From positions 1,087 to 65,086 of the forward strand of contig CAVXVD010000073.1 of the NCBI GenBank assembly GCA_963765015.1: 64,000 nt of DNA, given 5' to 3'. A program made the translations under genes and the position numbers. The DNA comes from an uncultured Acidobacteriota bacterium. GTDB lineage: Bacteria > Acidobacteriota > Terriglobia > Terriglobales > Acidobacteriaceae. Below the pieces are notes generated by a model, which made no database searches, was not told the origin of the DNA, and was given only the letters and a program-made list of their open reading frames with translations. Positions 28,839-39,097 of this stretch are shown one piece after another (the stretch's first letter is position 1; every line of letters starts with the position of its first letter).

Positions 28839-30092
28839 ATGAAAAAAACTACCCTGGCGATAGGTCTGTTCGCCGCACTCGTGGGCAGCGCGTTCGCACA
28901 GCAAGGCGCCGTTCCAACCGGCATCCCTCATCTGGACCACGTGTTCGTGATCATGATGGAAAACCACGGTTACCGGCAGATCATTAACAATCCGAACGCT
29001 CCTTACATTAACAGTTACGCGACGAGCGCGAATCTGGCGACGAACTATTTTGCAGTCGCGCATCCCAGCCTGACCAACTATCTTGAAGTGGTGGGCGGAT
29101 CGAATTTCGGTGTGCACAGCGATAACAACCCGGATTGGTTCGATGGGAAGTGCGCCACCAACCTCGCGACAGGGCTCGTTAACACCGACAACCCGCCGAG
29201 TCCCGCTATCTGCCCCATTCGCGGAACAGGTACCGACGCGGCGACTCCTGCGCTGGACTGCACCAACGAGGTCACGGGGCCTCCCTGCGAAATGAATCTC
29301 GACGGAACCGTGAATTATCCGGCAGTCAGCACGACGCTGGGCATCACCATCGCGGACCAGCTCGCGACCGCTGGAAAGACCTGGAAGACCTATCAGGAGA
29401 GCCTTCCGATAACTGGTCCCAGCATGGTGGATTACAGCGATGGGAACTTCACGAATAATACGAATTTTGCCCACATGAACCCTCAGCTGACCCCGCCGCT
29501 CAATACCGGCGACATCGTTCAGCTTTATGCCTCGAAGCACAACCCATTCGTGTATTTCCATGACGTTCAGGTGGGCACGAACCCGATGGTCAGCTTTGCC
29601 CAGATGGCGGGTTTTGACGGCGCGGGCGGGTTGTACAGCGATTTGAGCTCGGCTAACCAGCCGAACTTCTCCTACATCGTGCCGAACCAATGTAACGACC
29701 AGCACGGCAGGGGCAATGGAACGGCGTTCTGCGCCTACGATCCGAACGATAATGGCACGCAGGCGGGTCTGAATCCGGCGTTAATTCGGCTCGGCGATCA
29801 GGCCGTCCAGAAGATCGTGGCTGCAATCCACGCCTCGAATGCCTGGACCAACGGGAACACCGCGATCATCACGGTGTGGGACGAAAACGATTATTCCGTA
29901 CAGCCAATCGTCAACCGCGTGGTCACGATCATCGATACCAACTACGGCGTTAAAGGCGTACAGAGCGGAACTTTCTACACCCACTTCTCTCTGTTGCGAT
30001 CAATCGAGGGTGGACTGGGACTCCCGTGCCTGAACCACGCCTGCGACCAAACCACCAGCACGATGACAGACCTGTTCGCGGCGGCGCAGTAA
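28839..30092 (+). CDS. Secreted phosphoesterase family protein (acid phosphatase / phospholipase C-like, PF04185-type)
   Basis: Signal peptide, then the HVFVIMMENHGY motif and later TVWDENDY. Confidence 0.82.
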   Translation: MKKTTLAIGLFAALVGSAFAQQGAVPTGIPHLDHVFVIMMENHGYRQIINNPNAPYINSYATSANLATNYFAVAHPSLTNYLEVVGGSNFGVHSDNNPDWFDGKCATNLATGLVNTDNPPSPAICPIRGTGTDAATPALDCTNEVTGPPCEMNLDGTVNYPAVSTTLGITIADQLATAGKTWKTYQESLPITGPSMVDYSDGNFTNNTNFAHMNPQLTPPLNTGDIVQLYASKHNPFVYFHDVQVGTNPMVSFAQMAGFDGAGGLYSDLSSANQPNFSYIVPNQCNDQHGRGNGTAFCAYDPNDNGTQAGLNPALIRLGDQAVQKIVAAIHASNAWTNGNTAIITVWDENDYSVQPIVNRVVTIIDTNYGVKGVQSGTFYTHFSLLRSIEGGLGLPCLNHACDQTTSTMTDLFAAAQ

Positions 30093-30213
30093 GAAGCTGC
30101 CTCGAATGGCTATGAAACAGGGCCGATCCTTTGGGATAGGCCCCGTGCTTCATTCTTGGAGACGAATTGTTTAGAAACCGCGGGGGCTGACCGACGGCGC
30201 AAACACGGTTGTT

Positions 30214-32316
30214 TTACTCTTCCTCTTCCTTCACATCGCCGCGCTCCGCCTTTGCTTTCTCGATGATTTTCTCCTGGAGCTGTCCGGGAACCACGTCGTA
30301 GTGGTGCATTTCCATGTTGAAGCTGCCGCGACCCTGGGTCATGGAGGTTAATTCGACGCCATAGGTCAGCATCTCGGACATGGGGACTTCGGCTTTCACC
30401 ACGGTGTTACCGGCTTTGTTGTCCATGCCCTGGATGCGGCCACGCCGACTGTTGAGATCTCCCATGATCGATCCGGCAAAGTCGTCGGGGACCGTGATCT
30501 CGACGGCCATGATGGGTTCGAGGATGGTCGGCTTCGCAACCTCCATGGCTTTCTTGAAGGCGATGCGGCCAGCCATCTGGAAGGAGAGATCGTTCGAGTC
30601 GACATCGTGATAGGAGCCATCGTAGAGACTGACCTTGAAATCGACGACAGGGAATCCGGCAAGATAGCCGCGGGCGGCAGCGTCTCGGATGCCTTTCTCG
30701 ACCGCGGGAATGAAGTTCTTTGGAATCGCGCCGCCGAATATATCGTTGGCGAACTCGAACTCTCCGCCACGGGGCAGTGGCTCCATCTTGATCTTGCAAT
30801 CGCCATATTGGCCGTGGCCACCAGTTTGCTTTTTGTGGCGCCCCTGCACATCGGCCCTGCCGCGAATGGTTTCGCGATAGGGAACTTTCGGTGCCTTCAG
30901 ATTGACCTGAGTGTTGTACCGCTTTTTGAGCTTCGCGACCGTAACTTCAATGTGTTGCTGGCCGGTTCCGGCAATGAGGAATTCCTTGGTTTGAGGGTCG
31001 CGAAAGAAGCGTAGCATGGCATCTTCTTCCATGAGTTTGTGGAGGCCCGGGCCGAGCTTGTCTTCGTCGGCGCGCGTCTTGGGCTCGATGGCAAAGGTGA
31101 TGGCCGGCTCCGGCAACTTCACTCGCGGATACTGAATGGGTGCCGACTTATCTCCCAGCGTGTCTCCGGTCAGGGTGTCCTTCAACTTGGCGACTGCGCC
31201 GATGTCGCCGGCATGCAGTTCGTTCAACGGGATTGCCGTCTTTCCCTGCATGGCGGTGATGTGCGCGAACTTCTCCTGCGAACCGCGGCTGAAATTTACC
31301 AGGGTCGCATCATTCTTCAGCACGCCGGAAAAAACCTTGAAATAAGAAATCCGGCCAGCGAAGGCATCGGACACGGTCTTAAAGACATACAGCGAGACAG
31401 GTTCCTCGTCGCTTTCGTGACGCTTGGGAGCGTCGCCGTTGCCTCCCGTCTCTCCCTGCACCCACTCATGCTCGGAGGGAGCGGGAGTGTAATCGACAAT
31501 GAAGTCCATGACGCGGTCGGCACCAATGTTGCCGAGCCCAGAGCTGAAAACCACAGGAAAAATCTTGTCTTCCCGAATGGCGTTGTGCAAGGCGGGAATC
31601 AAGTCTTCTTCGCCAAGAGTCCCGGCCTCGAAGAACTTCTCCATCAGTTTGTCGTCGCCCTCCGCAACCAATTCAACCAGCATTTCGTGGGCCTCCTGCA
31701 CCTGACCCCGCATGTTCGCCGGGATTTCCGTTTCCTTCCCCTTGCCGCTCCCTCCCAGTTCGTAGGTGTACGCCTTCATGCGAACCAGATCGACTACGCC
31801 AGTCAGATTTTTCTCGCTACCGATCGGAAGTTCGATGGGAATCACATCGCGTCCGAAAGCCGCGATCAGGGATTCCATCACGCGCTCGGCGTTAGCGCGG
31901 TCGCGATCCATGCGGTTGACGACGATCAGGCGGGGCGTCTTATACTCCTCGCAGTAATTCCAAACGCGTTGGGTGACGACTTCTACTCCGGCCACACCGT
32001 CGACGACTACGATGGCGGCGTCCACCACCGGCAGCGCCATCTTGGCTTCGTGTACGAACATGCTGAAGCCGGGAGTATCCAGAATATTGATCTTGGTAGT
32101 GCCCCACTCGACCACGGCGACGCCCGTCGAAATCGACATCTTGCGGGCAATTTCCTCCTCGTCGTAATCGGTGGTGGATGAACCATCGTCGACGTGCCCC
32201 AGTCGTTGAGTTGCGCCCGCTGTGTACAGCATGGCTGAGACGAGCGAAGTTTTTCCTGCATGCCCGTGCCCCACCATAGCCACATTACGAATGTTTGCTC
32301 CGGAATAGACTTTCAA
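30214..32316 (-). CDS. fusA: Elongation factor G (paralog-type, stand-alone)
   Basis: 700 aa with G motifs VGHGHAGKTS, DTPG and VNRMD. TTG start with GGAGGA 7 nt upstream. It is not in an rpsL-rpsG-fusA operon, so it may be an EF-G2 paralog. Confidence 0.93.
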   Translation of the reverse strand: MKVYSGANIRNVAMVGHGHAGKTSLVSAMLYTAGATQRLGHVDDGSSTTDYDEEEIARKMSISTGVAVVEWGTTKINILDTPGFSMFVHEAKMALPVVDAAIVVVDGVAGVEVVTQRVWNYCEEYKTPRLIVVNRMDRDRANAERVMESLIAAFGRDVIPIELPIGSEKNLTGVVDLVRMKAYTYELGGSGKGKETEIPANMRGQVQEAHEMLVELVAEGDDKLMEKFFEAGTLGEEDLIPALHNAIREDKIFPVVFSSGLGNIGADRVMDFIVDYTPAPSEHEWVQGETGGNGDAPKRHESDEEPVSLYVFKTVSDAFAGRISYFKVFSGVLKNDATLVNFSRGSQEKFAHITAMQGKTAIPLNELHAGDIGAVAKLKDTLTGDTLGDKSAPIQYPRVKLPEPAITFAIEPKTRADEDKLGPGLHKLMEEDAMLRFFRDPQTKEFLIAGTGQQHIEVTVAKLKKRYNTQVNLKAPKVPYRETIRGRADVQGRHKKQTGGHGQYGDCKIKMEPLPRGGEFEFANDIFGGAIPKNFIPAVEKGIRDAAARGYLAGFPVVDFKVSLYDGSYHDVDSNDLSFQMAGRIAFKKAMEVAKPTILEPIMAVEITVPDDFAGSIMGDLNSRRGRIQGMDNKAGNTVVKAEVPMSEMLTYGVELTSMTQGRGSFNMEMHHYDVVPGQLQEKIIEKAKAERGDVKEEEE

Positions 32317-32541
32317 ATTGGGCTCCTCCGGCAGGCGTGGGAAGGAAACGGCCCATGAAGAAGATTAGGACAGGAAGGCCAGCCCAAGATCACCTGCCAA
32401 AACTTAGGATGCTACCACGCGGGAAGCAGACGCTCAACCGCCGGGTACGAACCTTTCCGCCCGTCCGCGGTCCCAACTCGGCTATAGTGCTATACATTTC
32501 CCCAATCGTGCCATGCCCAGTCGCGTTGACTCTGTTATAGG

Positions 32542-34260
32542 ATGTTGGACCATCTTGAGTTCCTCCTGGGGGAGAGCATGCCTGAACCGGAACGGGCCCC
32601 ATCCACCACCATTGCACAATCCGCGTCGACGGAAGAGATACAACTCTCTGCTCCGAAACCGGTCGAATGCGGCGAAGGGCCGCCGGAATCCGCCGAAGGC
32701 TCGGAGACTTCCTGGAAGTTGAAAGTTCCGCTGCTGGCAACTCTGGGCGCCACCTTCGGATTCCTGATCGGCTCGGGCCTCTATGGAGAAATCCATCCCA
32801 AACCGGGGGAAGAGCAGAACCTGCGGGAGTTCCTTACGATCGCGGTGATTATTGGCACGGCAGCATACTGGTTCTTTGATCCCATTATGGAGTTGGTGCA
32901 CAGCTGGTTAGGCGCTCCAATCCCGAAGTTTCCGAAAGAGCGCCGCGTTGTTGCCAGTTTAGCTGTCGTCATCGCCACCTTGGCTATTTCGATCCTTCAC
33001 CATTCACTGGGTGAAACTCTGACCCGATTTCATGCCAAAGGATTTTTCACTTTGCTGGTCTTGTTCGCTGGCACGGCAGGAACCACGACCTATTACTGGA
33101 TACGCGGGGCACACAAGCAACCCGCTCGTTCGGCTGCTTATGGTGCCTGGACTGGAGCCATCGCCGGACCTGTGGCCGGATTTCTACTCGTGTTCTTGGC
33201 TCTGCAGGACAAGACAGTGGCTAGTCAGGTGTCGTCTTCTCAAGCCGCACTCTTCGCCAAGGGCATGGGAATGTGGACGTTTCTCACGTTTGTGCCGGGG
33301 TTTCTGGGCGGCATGGCGATTGAGAAAGCATGGGATCCCAAGTCTCCCAGCCGAGGCATTCTTGCCTGTTTAGGAGCGTTCTCGGTCATATTCTTGTTGT
33401 GTGCATGGCTGGTGGGAATCGAGTTTATCCAGTACCGAGACATGATCTGGGCCATCGCACTGCAGGGGTTGGCGCAGAGTGTCGGCTGGGGCATGGGCCT
33501 TTATCTGCAACGCGAGGCCTGCGACCCGATCTTCAGCGGAGCTCGTGCCCACGCGACTTTGCTGCCGAAGAGGGCCAGCAATCTCGACAGACCAGCAGTA
33601 GTTCCGATCGATACGCGGCGCCCGGTCAGGATCTCGGCGCAGGTTCCCGAGAATCCGCAGGGCCCTCAAGTTTCGCCCCAAGTTTTGCTGCTGCAACCCA
33701 AAGGCAGCCGTGCTTGGGCGTTGGCCGTTTTGGTTCTCGCCTTGGCGTTTGGAGGTTGGGGATACACAACTGGATTTTTCAGGACCGATCCGGAGATTGT
33801 TTCGGAGATCGAAGGGAAATTCGAGCAGGATTCGGGCCTCCACGGGCGAGCGCTGTCTGTCAGGAGCGCGGAGCACATCGTTACGATTGCGGGAATGGTC
33901 GATAATCCCGTGCAACACACCGCCGCTACGCAGCAGGCCTCCGGTGTGCGCGGTATACGACAGTTGGTCGACCAGATTCAGGTTGCTCCGCCAGCCCCTC
34001 CGAAGGCCAAGATCGTAGTTGCTCCGCAACCGGCACAACCCAACACTGTCAACGCGACGCTTTCGATATTCAAGTCGGCTGCGTCGGGTCAAGCTCATCC
34101 GAACCAAGGTCATCCGAACCAGGCTCGTCCGATCAACGCGCAGAAACGTGGTGCGGCCCCCCCCGCGCCGGAAGGGCAGAGCCAAAAAAAGCCGGGCTTG
34201 TTGCACCGTCTCTTCGGGAAAAAAGATAAGAAAGACACGCAAAACAACGCGCCGCATTAG
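32542..34260 (+). CDS. Multi-pass membrane protein with C-terminal BON domain
   Basis: 572-aa ORF with about 8 hydrophobic helices. BON-like segment (LHGRALSVRSAEHIVTIAGMVDNPVQHTAATQQASGVRGIRQLVDQIQV) and a basic low-complexity tail. Start uncertain. Confidence 0.6.
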   Translation: MLDHLEFLLGESMPEPERAPSTTIAQSASTEEIQLSAPKPVECGEGPPESAEGSETSWKLKVPLLATLGATFGFLIGSGLYGEIHPKPGEEQNLREFLTIAVIIGTAAYWFFDPIMELVHSWLGAPIPKFPKERRVVASLAVVIATLAISILHHSLGETLTRFHAKGFFTLLVLFAGTAGTTTYYWIRGAHKQPARSAAYGAWTGAIAGPVAGFLLVFLALQDKTVASQVSSSQAALFAKGMGMWTFLTFVPGFLGGMAIEKAWDPKSPSRGILACLGAFSVIFLLCAWLVGIEFIQYRDMIWAIALQGLAQSVGWGMGLYLQREACDPIFSGARAHATLLPKRASNLDRPAVVPIDTRRPVRISAQVPENPQGPQVSPQVLLLQPKGSRAWALAVLVLALAFGGWGYTTGFFRTDPEIVSEIEGKFEQDSGLHGRALSVRSAEHIVTIAGMVDNPVQHTAATQQASGVRGIRQLVDQIQVAPPAPPKAKIVVAPQPAQPNTVNATLSIFKSAASGQAHPNQGHPNQARPINAQKRGAAPPAPEGQSQKKPGLLHRLFGKKDKKDTQNNAPH

Positions 34261-34268
34261 TCCGCGGA

Positions 34269-34359
34269 CGAGCTGAAAAATGGTGACATCAAAGACAGTC
34301 GAGCGTTGCTCGACTGGGCGGACGAATGCGTCCGCCCGCACGAGCATCGATGCTGCTCG
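34269..34359. repeat. Intergenic triple-hairpin element (twin of the dus insertion)
   Basis: GTCGAGC-GTT-GCTCGAC (34298-314), GGGCGGACG-AATG-CGTCCGCCC (34316-37) and CGAGCA-N7-TGCTCG (34341-59, containing the perfect palindrome GCATCGATGC). Confidence 0.75.
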
Positions 34360-34416
34360 CATGCGAACTGGCCGTGCGGACGAAGACTGCGCAGGCTGTA
34401 GTAACATCTTCCCGTC

Positions 34417-34719
34417 ATGTTAGGCGGGCGCACGAGCGAACAGTGGATTGCTCAGTACTCAAGCAGCCATCAGCATCCTGTGAATCGTCTTTGCCATACC
34501 TACGGGATTCCAACCATCGTCATCTCGGTAATTGTTTTCGTCGCGGGATTCTTCTTGCACCGCCTGTGGCATCTCGCCGCAGCCCTCTTCATCATCGGGT
34601 GGGTTCTGCAATTCATCGGGCATGCTTTCGAGGGAAAACCGCCGGAGTTCTTCCACGACTGGAGATTTCTATTCGTGGGGGTGCGCTGGTGGTGGGCCAA
34701 GATCAACGGCAGGGCCTGA
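34417..34719 (+). CDS. DUF962 / Mpo1-like membrane protein
   Basis: 100 aa, HQHPVNRLCHTYGIP followed by two TM helices and HAFEGKPP, as in YGL010w-like proteins. Confidence 0.75.
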   Translation: MLGGRTSEQWIAQYSSSHQHPVNRLCHTYGIPTIVISVIVFVAGFFLHRLWHLAAALFIIGWVLQFIGHAFEGKPPEFFHDWRFLFVGVRWWWAKINGRA

Positions 34720-34964
34720 CCACGAGTTCCTGAAATCCATTTGAGGTACACCGCGCGTACATCTTCGTGACCCCTCCTTGCGCCCTTTTGAGATTGTGTT
34801 CTATGCTGGCCTCACTTGGGGTTCTAAGTCCGACACAAACCGGCTGATTGTTGCTGGAGGTCGCTCGCCCCGTCTTTAACATCGTTAGCGCCGAGAGCTT
34901 GCAGTTTGTCGGCCTTGTGTCATATGCTTCATCGCAACTTGGGGTTCTGCTTCACCGAAATCAC

Positions 34965-35315
34965 ATGCAGCGCCTGACCGCCAGATTTCTGTTGTTACTC
35001 GCGATCGTCGGAACGTTTGCTCCGCTAGCGTTGGCCGTCACCTCTGCGTCATCGCATGCGTGTTGTCTTCGCATGGCACACCGCTGCCACGATTCGGTGG
35101 CCGTAGATTCTGGTGAGGTTGCGATACGTGCTCCGAGCTGCTGCGGTCACGATTGCTGCCGCGCGGTGACCACATCGCGGTGGGCTCATGCTCAGCCGAG
35201 AACGACCGCATTGTTAGCGCAGAATGCCGATGCCTTCGTTGCCGATCTGCGTCCAAGCTCTTCAGTTGCTGAACTCTCTACCTCCCAATCGCCCCGCGCT
35301 CCCCCCACCTGCTGA
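34965..35315 (+). CDS. Small secreted Cys/His-rich protein
   Basis: Starts at MQRLTARFLLLLAIVGTFAPLALA (signal peptide). The mature part holds HACC, HRCH and CCGHDCC clusters. It lies directly upstream of a TonB-dependent receptor. The first 39 codons of ORF 34848..35315 look non-coding. Confidence 0.5.
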   Translation: MQRLTARFLLLLAIVGTFAPLALAVTSASSHACCLRMAHRCHDSVAVDSGEVAIRAPSCCGHDCCRAVTTSRWAHAQPRTTALLAQNADAFVADLRPSSSVAELSTSQSPRAPPTC

Positions 35316-35545
35316 GCCTTCTTCCGCTTTACAAACAGGCTTAAACATCAGCCCACAGTGAGGGAAAATCCGCGCTTCTTGCGGCGGACTCCGGGCGTCG
35401 GCTAAAGCCATTTTTTTCAGGCGCGGACCGGCCTCTGCGGAGACTCCTTCTCGACCGAGACGTCTTGCGAAAGCAGGTATTGCTGTTCCGCGAACTCAGA
35501 GTGAGTTTGACTGTCCCGCTTCTTTGCGGCACCAATGGAGGCACA

Positions 35546-37858
35546 ATGAATTCCATAAGGATCTTCCTATCTGCGGCATTATTGCTGCTCAGCAGTCTCG
35601 CTTTTGCGAACGTGTACGGCGCTGTCCGTGGCGTCGTGCACGACCCGCAGCATCGCCCATTACAGGGCGCCATGGTGATGCTCAAGGCAAAATCATCGGA
35701 CTGGGGGAAGTCCGTGAACACCGACGCCAACGGCGAGTTCCAGTTGAATGGCGTCCCGCTCGGCGATTACACGATCAGTGTTGCCAGTCCGGGCTTTGCG
35801 CAGATGGCGCTGGACGTCACGGTCATCTCGGGATCAGTCCCGGTGGTTCACTTTCTCTTGAAAATCGCTACTACGAACGCGCAGGTCACGGTCTCCGCCG
35901 CTTCTGACGTTGTAGCCACCGATTCCTCCACGCCGATCACACTGGTCGATAAGCTCGACATCGCCCGCACTCCCGGCGCGGACCGTTCCAACAGTCTCGC
36001 GATGATCACCGACTACGTTCCGGGATCCTATGTCACCCATGACATGCTGCACATCCGAGGCGGTCATCAAACCACCTGGCTCCTCGACGGCATTCCTGTG
36101 ATTAACACGGCCATCGCGCAGAATGTCGGCCCACAGTTCGACCCTAAAGACCTCGAATACGTCGAAGTCAATCGCGGCAGCTATGGAGCGGAGTTCGGCG
36201 ACCGGACTTACGGTGTCTTCAACGTTGTTCCCCGCACGGGCTTTGAGCGTAACAACGAGGCTGAACTCGTGCTTAGTGCCGGCAATTTCTATCAGACCAA
36301 TGACGCGATTAGCTTTGGCAGCCATACGGAGCGTTTCGCCTACTACGCGAGCGTCAACGCGAATCGCAGTAATCTGGGCCTGCAAACTCCGGTTCCGCAG
36401 GTGGTTCATGATGCCGTCAACGGAGTTGGGGGATTCGGCTCGTTTATCTTCAACGCCGATCCTTCCAATCAACTGCGGGTGATGACTTCGCTTCGCCGCG
36501 ACTACTTCCAGGTGCCCTACGACCCGAATCCCGACGACATCGAAAATGGATCGATCGCAGCCAACGGTTTCTCGCCGCAATATCCGAGCATCGGCTATCG
36601 CGATGGCGAACACGAAACCGATGCCGGCGTGATGTTCACTTGGGTGCACACTTTCAATTCGCACCTGTTGACCACCGCTTCTCCCTTCTACCACTACAAC
36701 CGCGGCAACTATGACAGTTCGCCCTTTGACACTCCAGTGGCCACAACCGAGGATCGCGGTTCCACTTACGCGGGAGGTCAAGCCAGCCTCGCCGCCAACT
36801 ACAAGAAGAACGACCTTCAGGTGGGTTTCCTCAGCTTCTACCAGCGCGACAATCAACTCTTCGGCGCCATCTTCAACGACGGCAGCGGAAACTTGCCGTT
36901 CACCGATACCGAGCGCCCCACCGCGAATCTCGAAGCCTTCTATGTCGACGACAAGTTCAAACCTTTTTCCTGGTTGACGCTGTCGGCGGGCATGCGCCCC
37001 ACGCGTTTCGCCGAAGGCAACATTCCCCTTACGGCAGCCGCGCCCGCGGTTGACGAAAGCGCCATCCAGCCGCGCTTTGGAGCCACCGTTACGATTCCCA
37101 AGCTTCGCTGGACTTTCCGCGCCTTCTACGGACACTACTACCAAGCCCCTCCCATCGAGACCGTGTCCGGTCCGGCACTCATCGACTACACCGGCCAGCA
37201 AGGCCTGGGGTTCGCCACCCTCCACGGCGAGCGCGATGAAGAACATCAGTTCGGCGTGACGATTCCGTTCCGTGGCTGGGTGCTCGACGCCGACAACTTC
37301 AAGACGAACGTCCAGAATTTCCTCGACCACAACAACATCGGTGCCTCCAGCATCTTCTTTCCCCTCACCGTCTCGCAGGCGGTGATTCGCGGTTGGGAGC
37401 TCACACTCCGTTCTCCGCGCTTTGCCCATCGTGCGCAAGTGCACCTCGCCTACTCCAACCAGATCGCCGAAGGCAGCGGCACCATCACCGGCGGACTCAC
37501 GGATTTCTCTTTTTCTCCCGGTCTTAGCCCGCTCGACCACGACCAGCGCAACACCCTCAACGTCGGCGGCGACGTAACTTTGCCGTGGCGCGCCTACGCT
37601 TCCACCAACGTCTACTATGGTTCTGGTTTCAGCAACGCTTTCCCCGGCCAGCCTTATCCAGGCGACTACCTGCCCCAGCACACGACCTTCGATCTAACTG
37701 TGGGCAAAGATTTCGCCGAGCGTTTCACTGCGTCTGTGACGGCGTTAAATGTCGTGAATCGCCGGGTGGAGTATGACAATAGCCTCACATTCGGCGGATT
37801 CCACTGGAATAACCCTCGCGAAATTTACGTCGAACTCCGCTACAGATTTCACTATTAG
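35546..37858 (+). CDS. TonB-dependent receptor with N-terminal carboxypeptidase-regulatory-like domain
   Basis: GGAGG RBS and signal peptide MNSIRIFLSAALLLLSSLAFA. CarboxypepD_reg-like segment (VRGVVHD...GEFQLNGVPLGDYTISV), plug and beta-barrel, terminal ...VELRYRFHY. Confidence 0.9.
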   Translation: MNSIRIFLSAALLLLSSLAFANVYGAVRGVVHDPQHRPLQGAMVMLKAKSSDWGKSVNTDANGEFQLNGVPLGDYTISVASPGFAQMALDVTVISGSVPVVHFLLKIATTNAQVTVSAASDVVATDSSTPITLVDKLDIARTPGADRSNSLAMITDYVPGSYVTHDMLHIRGGHQTTWLLDGIPVINTAIAQNVGPQFDPKDLEYVEVNRGSYGAEFGDRTYGVFNVVPRTGFERNNEAELVLSAGNFYQTNDAISFGSHTERFAYYASVNANRSNLGLQTPVPQVVHDAVNGVGGFGSFIFNADPSNQLRVMTSLRRDYFQVPYDPNPDDIENGSIAANGFSPQYPSIGYRDGEHETDAGVMFTWVHTFNSHLLTTASPFYHYNRGNYDSSPFDTPVATTEDRGSTYAGGQASLAANYKKNDLQVGFLSFYQRDNQLFGAIFNDGSGNLPFTDTERPTANLEAFYVDDKFKPFSWLTLSAGMRPTRFAEGNIPLTAAAPAVDESAIQPRFGATVTIPKLRWTFRAFYGHYYQAPPIETVSGPALIDYTGQQGLGFATLHGERDEEHQFGVTIPFRGWVLDADNFKTNVQNFLDHNNIGASSIFFPLTVSQAVIRGWELTLRSPRFAHRAQVHLAYSNQIAEGSGTITGGLTDFSFSPGLSPLDHDQRNTLNVGGDVTLPWRAYASTNVYYGSGFSNAFPGQPYPGDYLPQHTTFDLTVGKDFAERFTASVTALNVVNRRVEYDNSLTFGGFHWNNPREIYVELRYRFHY

Positions 37859-37886
37859 CGGTCTGAATTAAAATGAGTGTGGTTTC

Positions 37887-37913
37887 GTAAGTCCTTAATA
37901 AGTAGAGACTTAC
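37887..37913 (+). terminator. Weak candidate terminator after the TonB-dependent receptor gene
   Basis: GTAAGTC-N13-GACTTAC hairpin. The stem is AT-rich and is followed only by a moderately T-rich tract. Confidence 0.3.
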
Positions 37914-38062
37914 TCGGCTTCTTGGATTTCCACGCAAAAGATGGATCGACCGTGTCTTTTTTGTGGGCTACAATGCTGATCAGCGTCATCCAAATTGATG
38001 TAGACGCCAAGATGCGTTGACAGGCTCTATCCGCCAGAGGCGGAGGGGCACTGGAGGACATC

Positions 38063-38953
38063 ATGAGCTTGACCCCTATTGGCGAGCCTCGCCATAAAGT
38101 AACGACCGCATCCCTGCGGGATCAGAAACTCCACCACGAGCCCATCACCTGCATCACCGCGTATGACTACGCCGCCGCGCGTCTGGTCGAAGCCGCCGGT
38201 ATTGACATGGTGCTGGTCGGCGATTCCCTTGCGCAAACCATGCTGGGCTATGAGAACACGCTCTCGATCACGATGGACGAGATGCTGCATCACGTGAAAG
38301 CCGTGCGGCGCGGGTTGAAGAATGCGCTGCTGATCGCGGATATGCCGTACGGGTCCTACCAGGTCGATGGGAAGGACGCCGTCGTCAACGCTACCCGCTT
38401 TGTGAAGGAAGGCGGCGCTGAGGTCGTCAAAATCGAGGGTGGCGAGAAGCGCGCGGACCTCATCCGCCACATCATTGACGCAGAGATTCCCGTGGCAGGA
38501 CACATTGGCTTGACGCCTCAGTCCGTGAATGTGATGGGCGGTTACAAGGTGCAAGGCAAGGATCTGGGCGGGATTGAGCAGTTGATGCGTGATGCGACTG
38601 CGCTCGACCGCGCTGGCGTAGCGTGTCTGTATCTAGAGGGCATTCCGCGCGAAGTGGCGGCGATGATCACCGCAGAGGTGAGTGCTCCGACCATCGGGAT
38701 TGGCGCAGGTCCGGAGTGCGACGGGCAAGTGCTTGTATTTCACGACATCTTGAACCTGACGTTCGGGCCGCCCGCAAAGTTCGTGCGGCGCTATGGAGAC
38801 GGCGCCGCGCTGATCACACATGCCGTCCAGGCATATCGCGCGGATGTGCGGTCGCACGAGTATCCGTCGGACGAGGAGTCATACCACCTTCCGAAAGAAA
38901 CCCGGGCAGCGCTGGAAACTGTGCTGGCGCGAAAGCGGGCGATGCGACGATAA
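38063..38953 (+). CDS. panB: 3-methyl-2-oxobutanoate hydroxymethyltransferase
   Basis: ITAYDYAAARL, VLVGDSLAQTMLGY and GGYKVQGK motifs; 296 aa. Confidence 0.95.
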   Translation: MSLTPIGEPRHKVTTASLRDQKLHHEPITCITAYDYAAARLVEAAGIDMVLVGDSLAQTMLGYENTLSITMDEMLHHVKAVRRGLKNALLIADMPYGSYQVDGKDAVVNATRFVKEGGAEVVKIEGGEKRADLIRHIIDAEIPVAGHIGLTPQSVNVMGGYKVQGKDLGGIEQLMRDATALDRAGVACLYLEGIPREVAAMITAEVSAPTIGIGAGPECDGQVLVFHDILNLTFGPPAKFVRRYGDGAALITHAVQAYRADVRSHEYPSDEESYHLPKETRAALETVLARKRAMRR

Positions 38954-38966
38954 CAAGAGGCCGGGC

Positions 38967-38983
38967 CACGGATTTGCACGGAT
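38967..38983. repeat. Two CACGGAT units at 10-nt spacing after the panB stop
   Basis: CACGGATTTG CACGGAT at 38967 and 38977. Confidence 0.6.
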
Positions 38984-39097
38984 CTTCCGAACTAAAGTTG
39001 GCGCGATTACGTATATAGCTATGTGTGCTCAATAGCTTGGTGGACGAATGCTCTCTTGAAACCCGGATGGTGCTAGGCTATTAGAGGGAGGTAGACA

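Noticed and set aside
35834-37681. Very long ORFs antisense to recognised genes: 35834..37681 (615 aa), 2354..3406, 23371..24285, 28689..29705, 31039..32181, 33370..34407, 53395..54198, 54526..55329, 55339..56094 and 46265..47032.
   Set aside because: Each lies fully inside a gene with clear family motifs on the other strand. Their translations are Arg/Gly/His-rich with no recognisable domains or RBS. This is the typical stop-poor antisense frame of GC-rich DNA.
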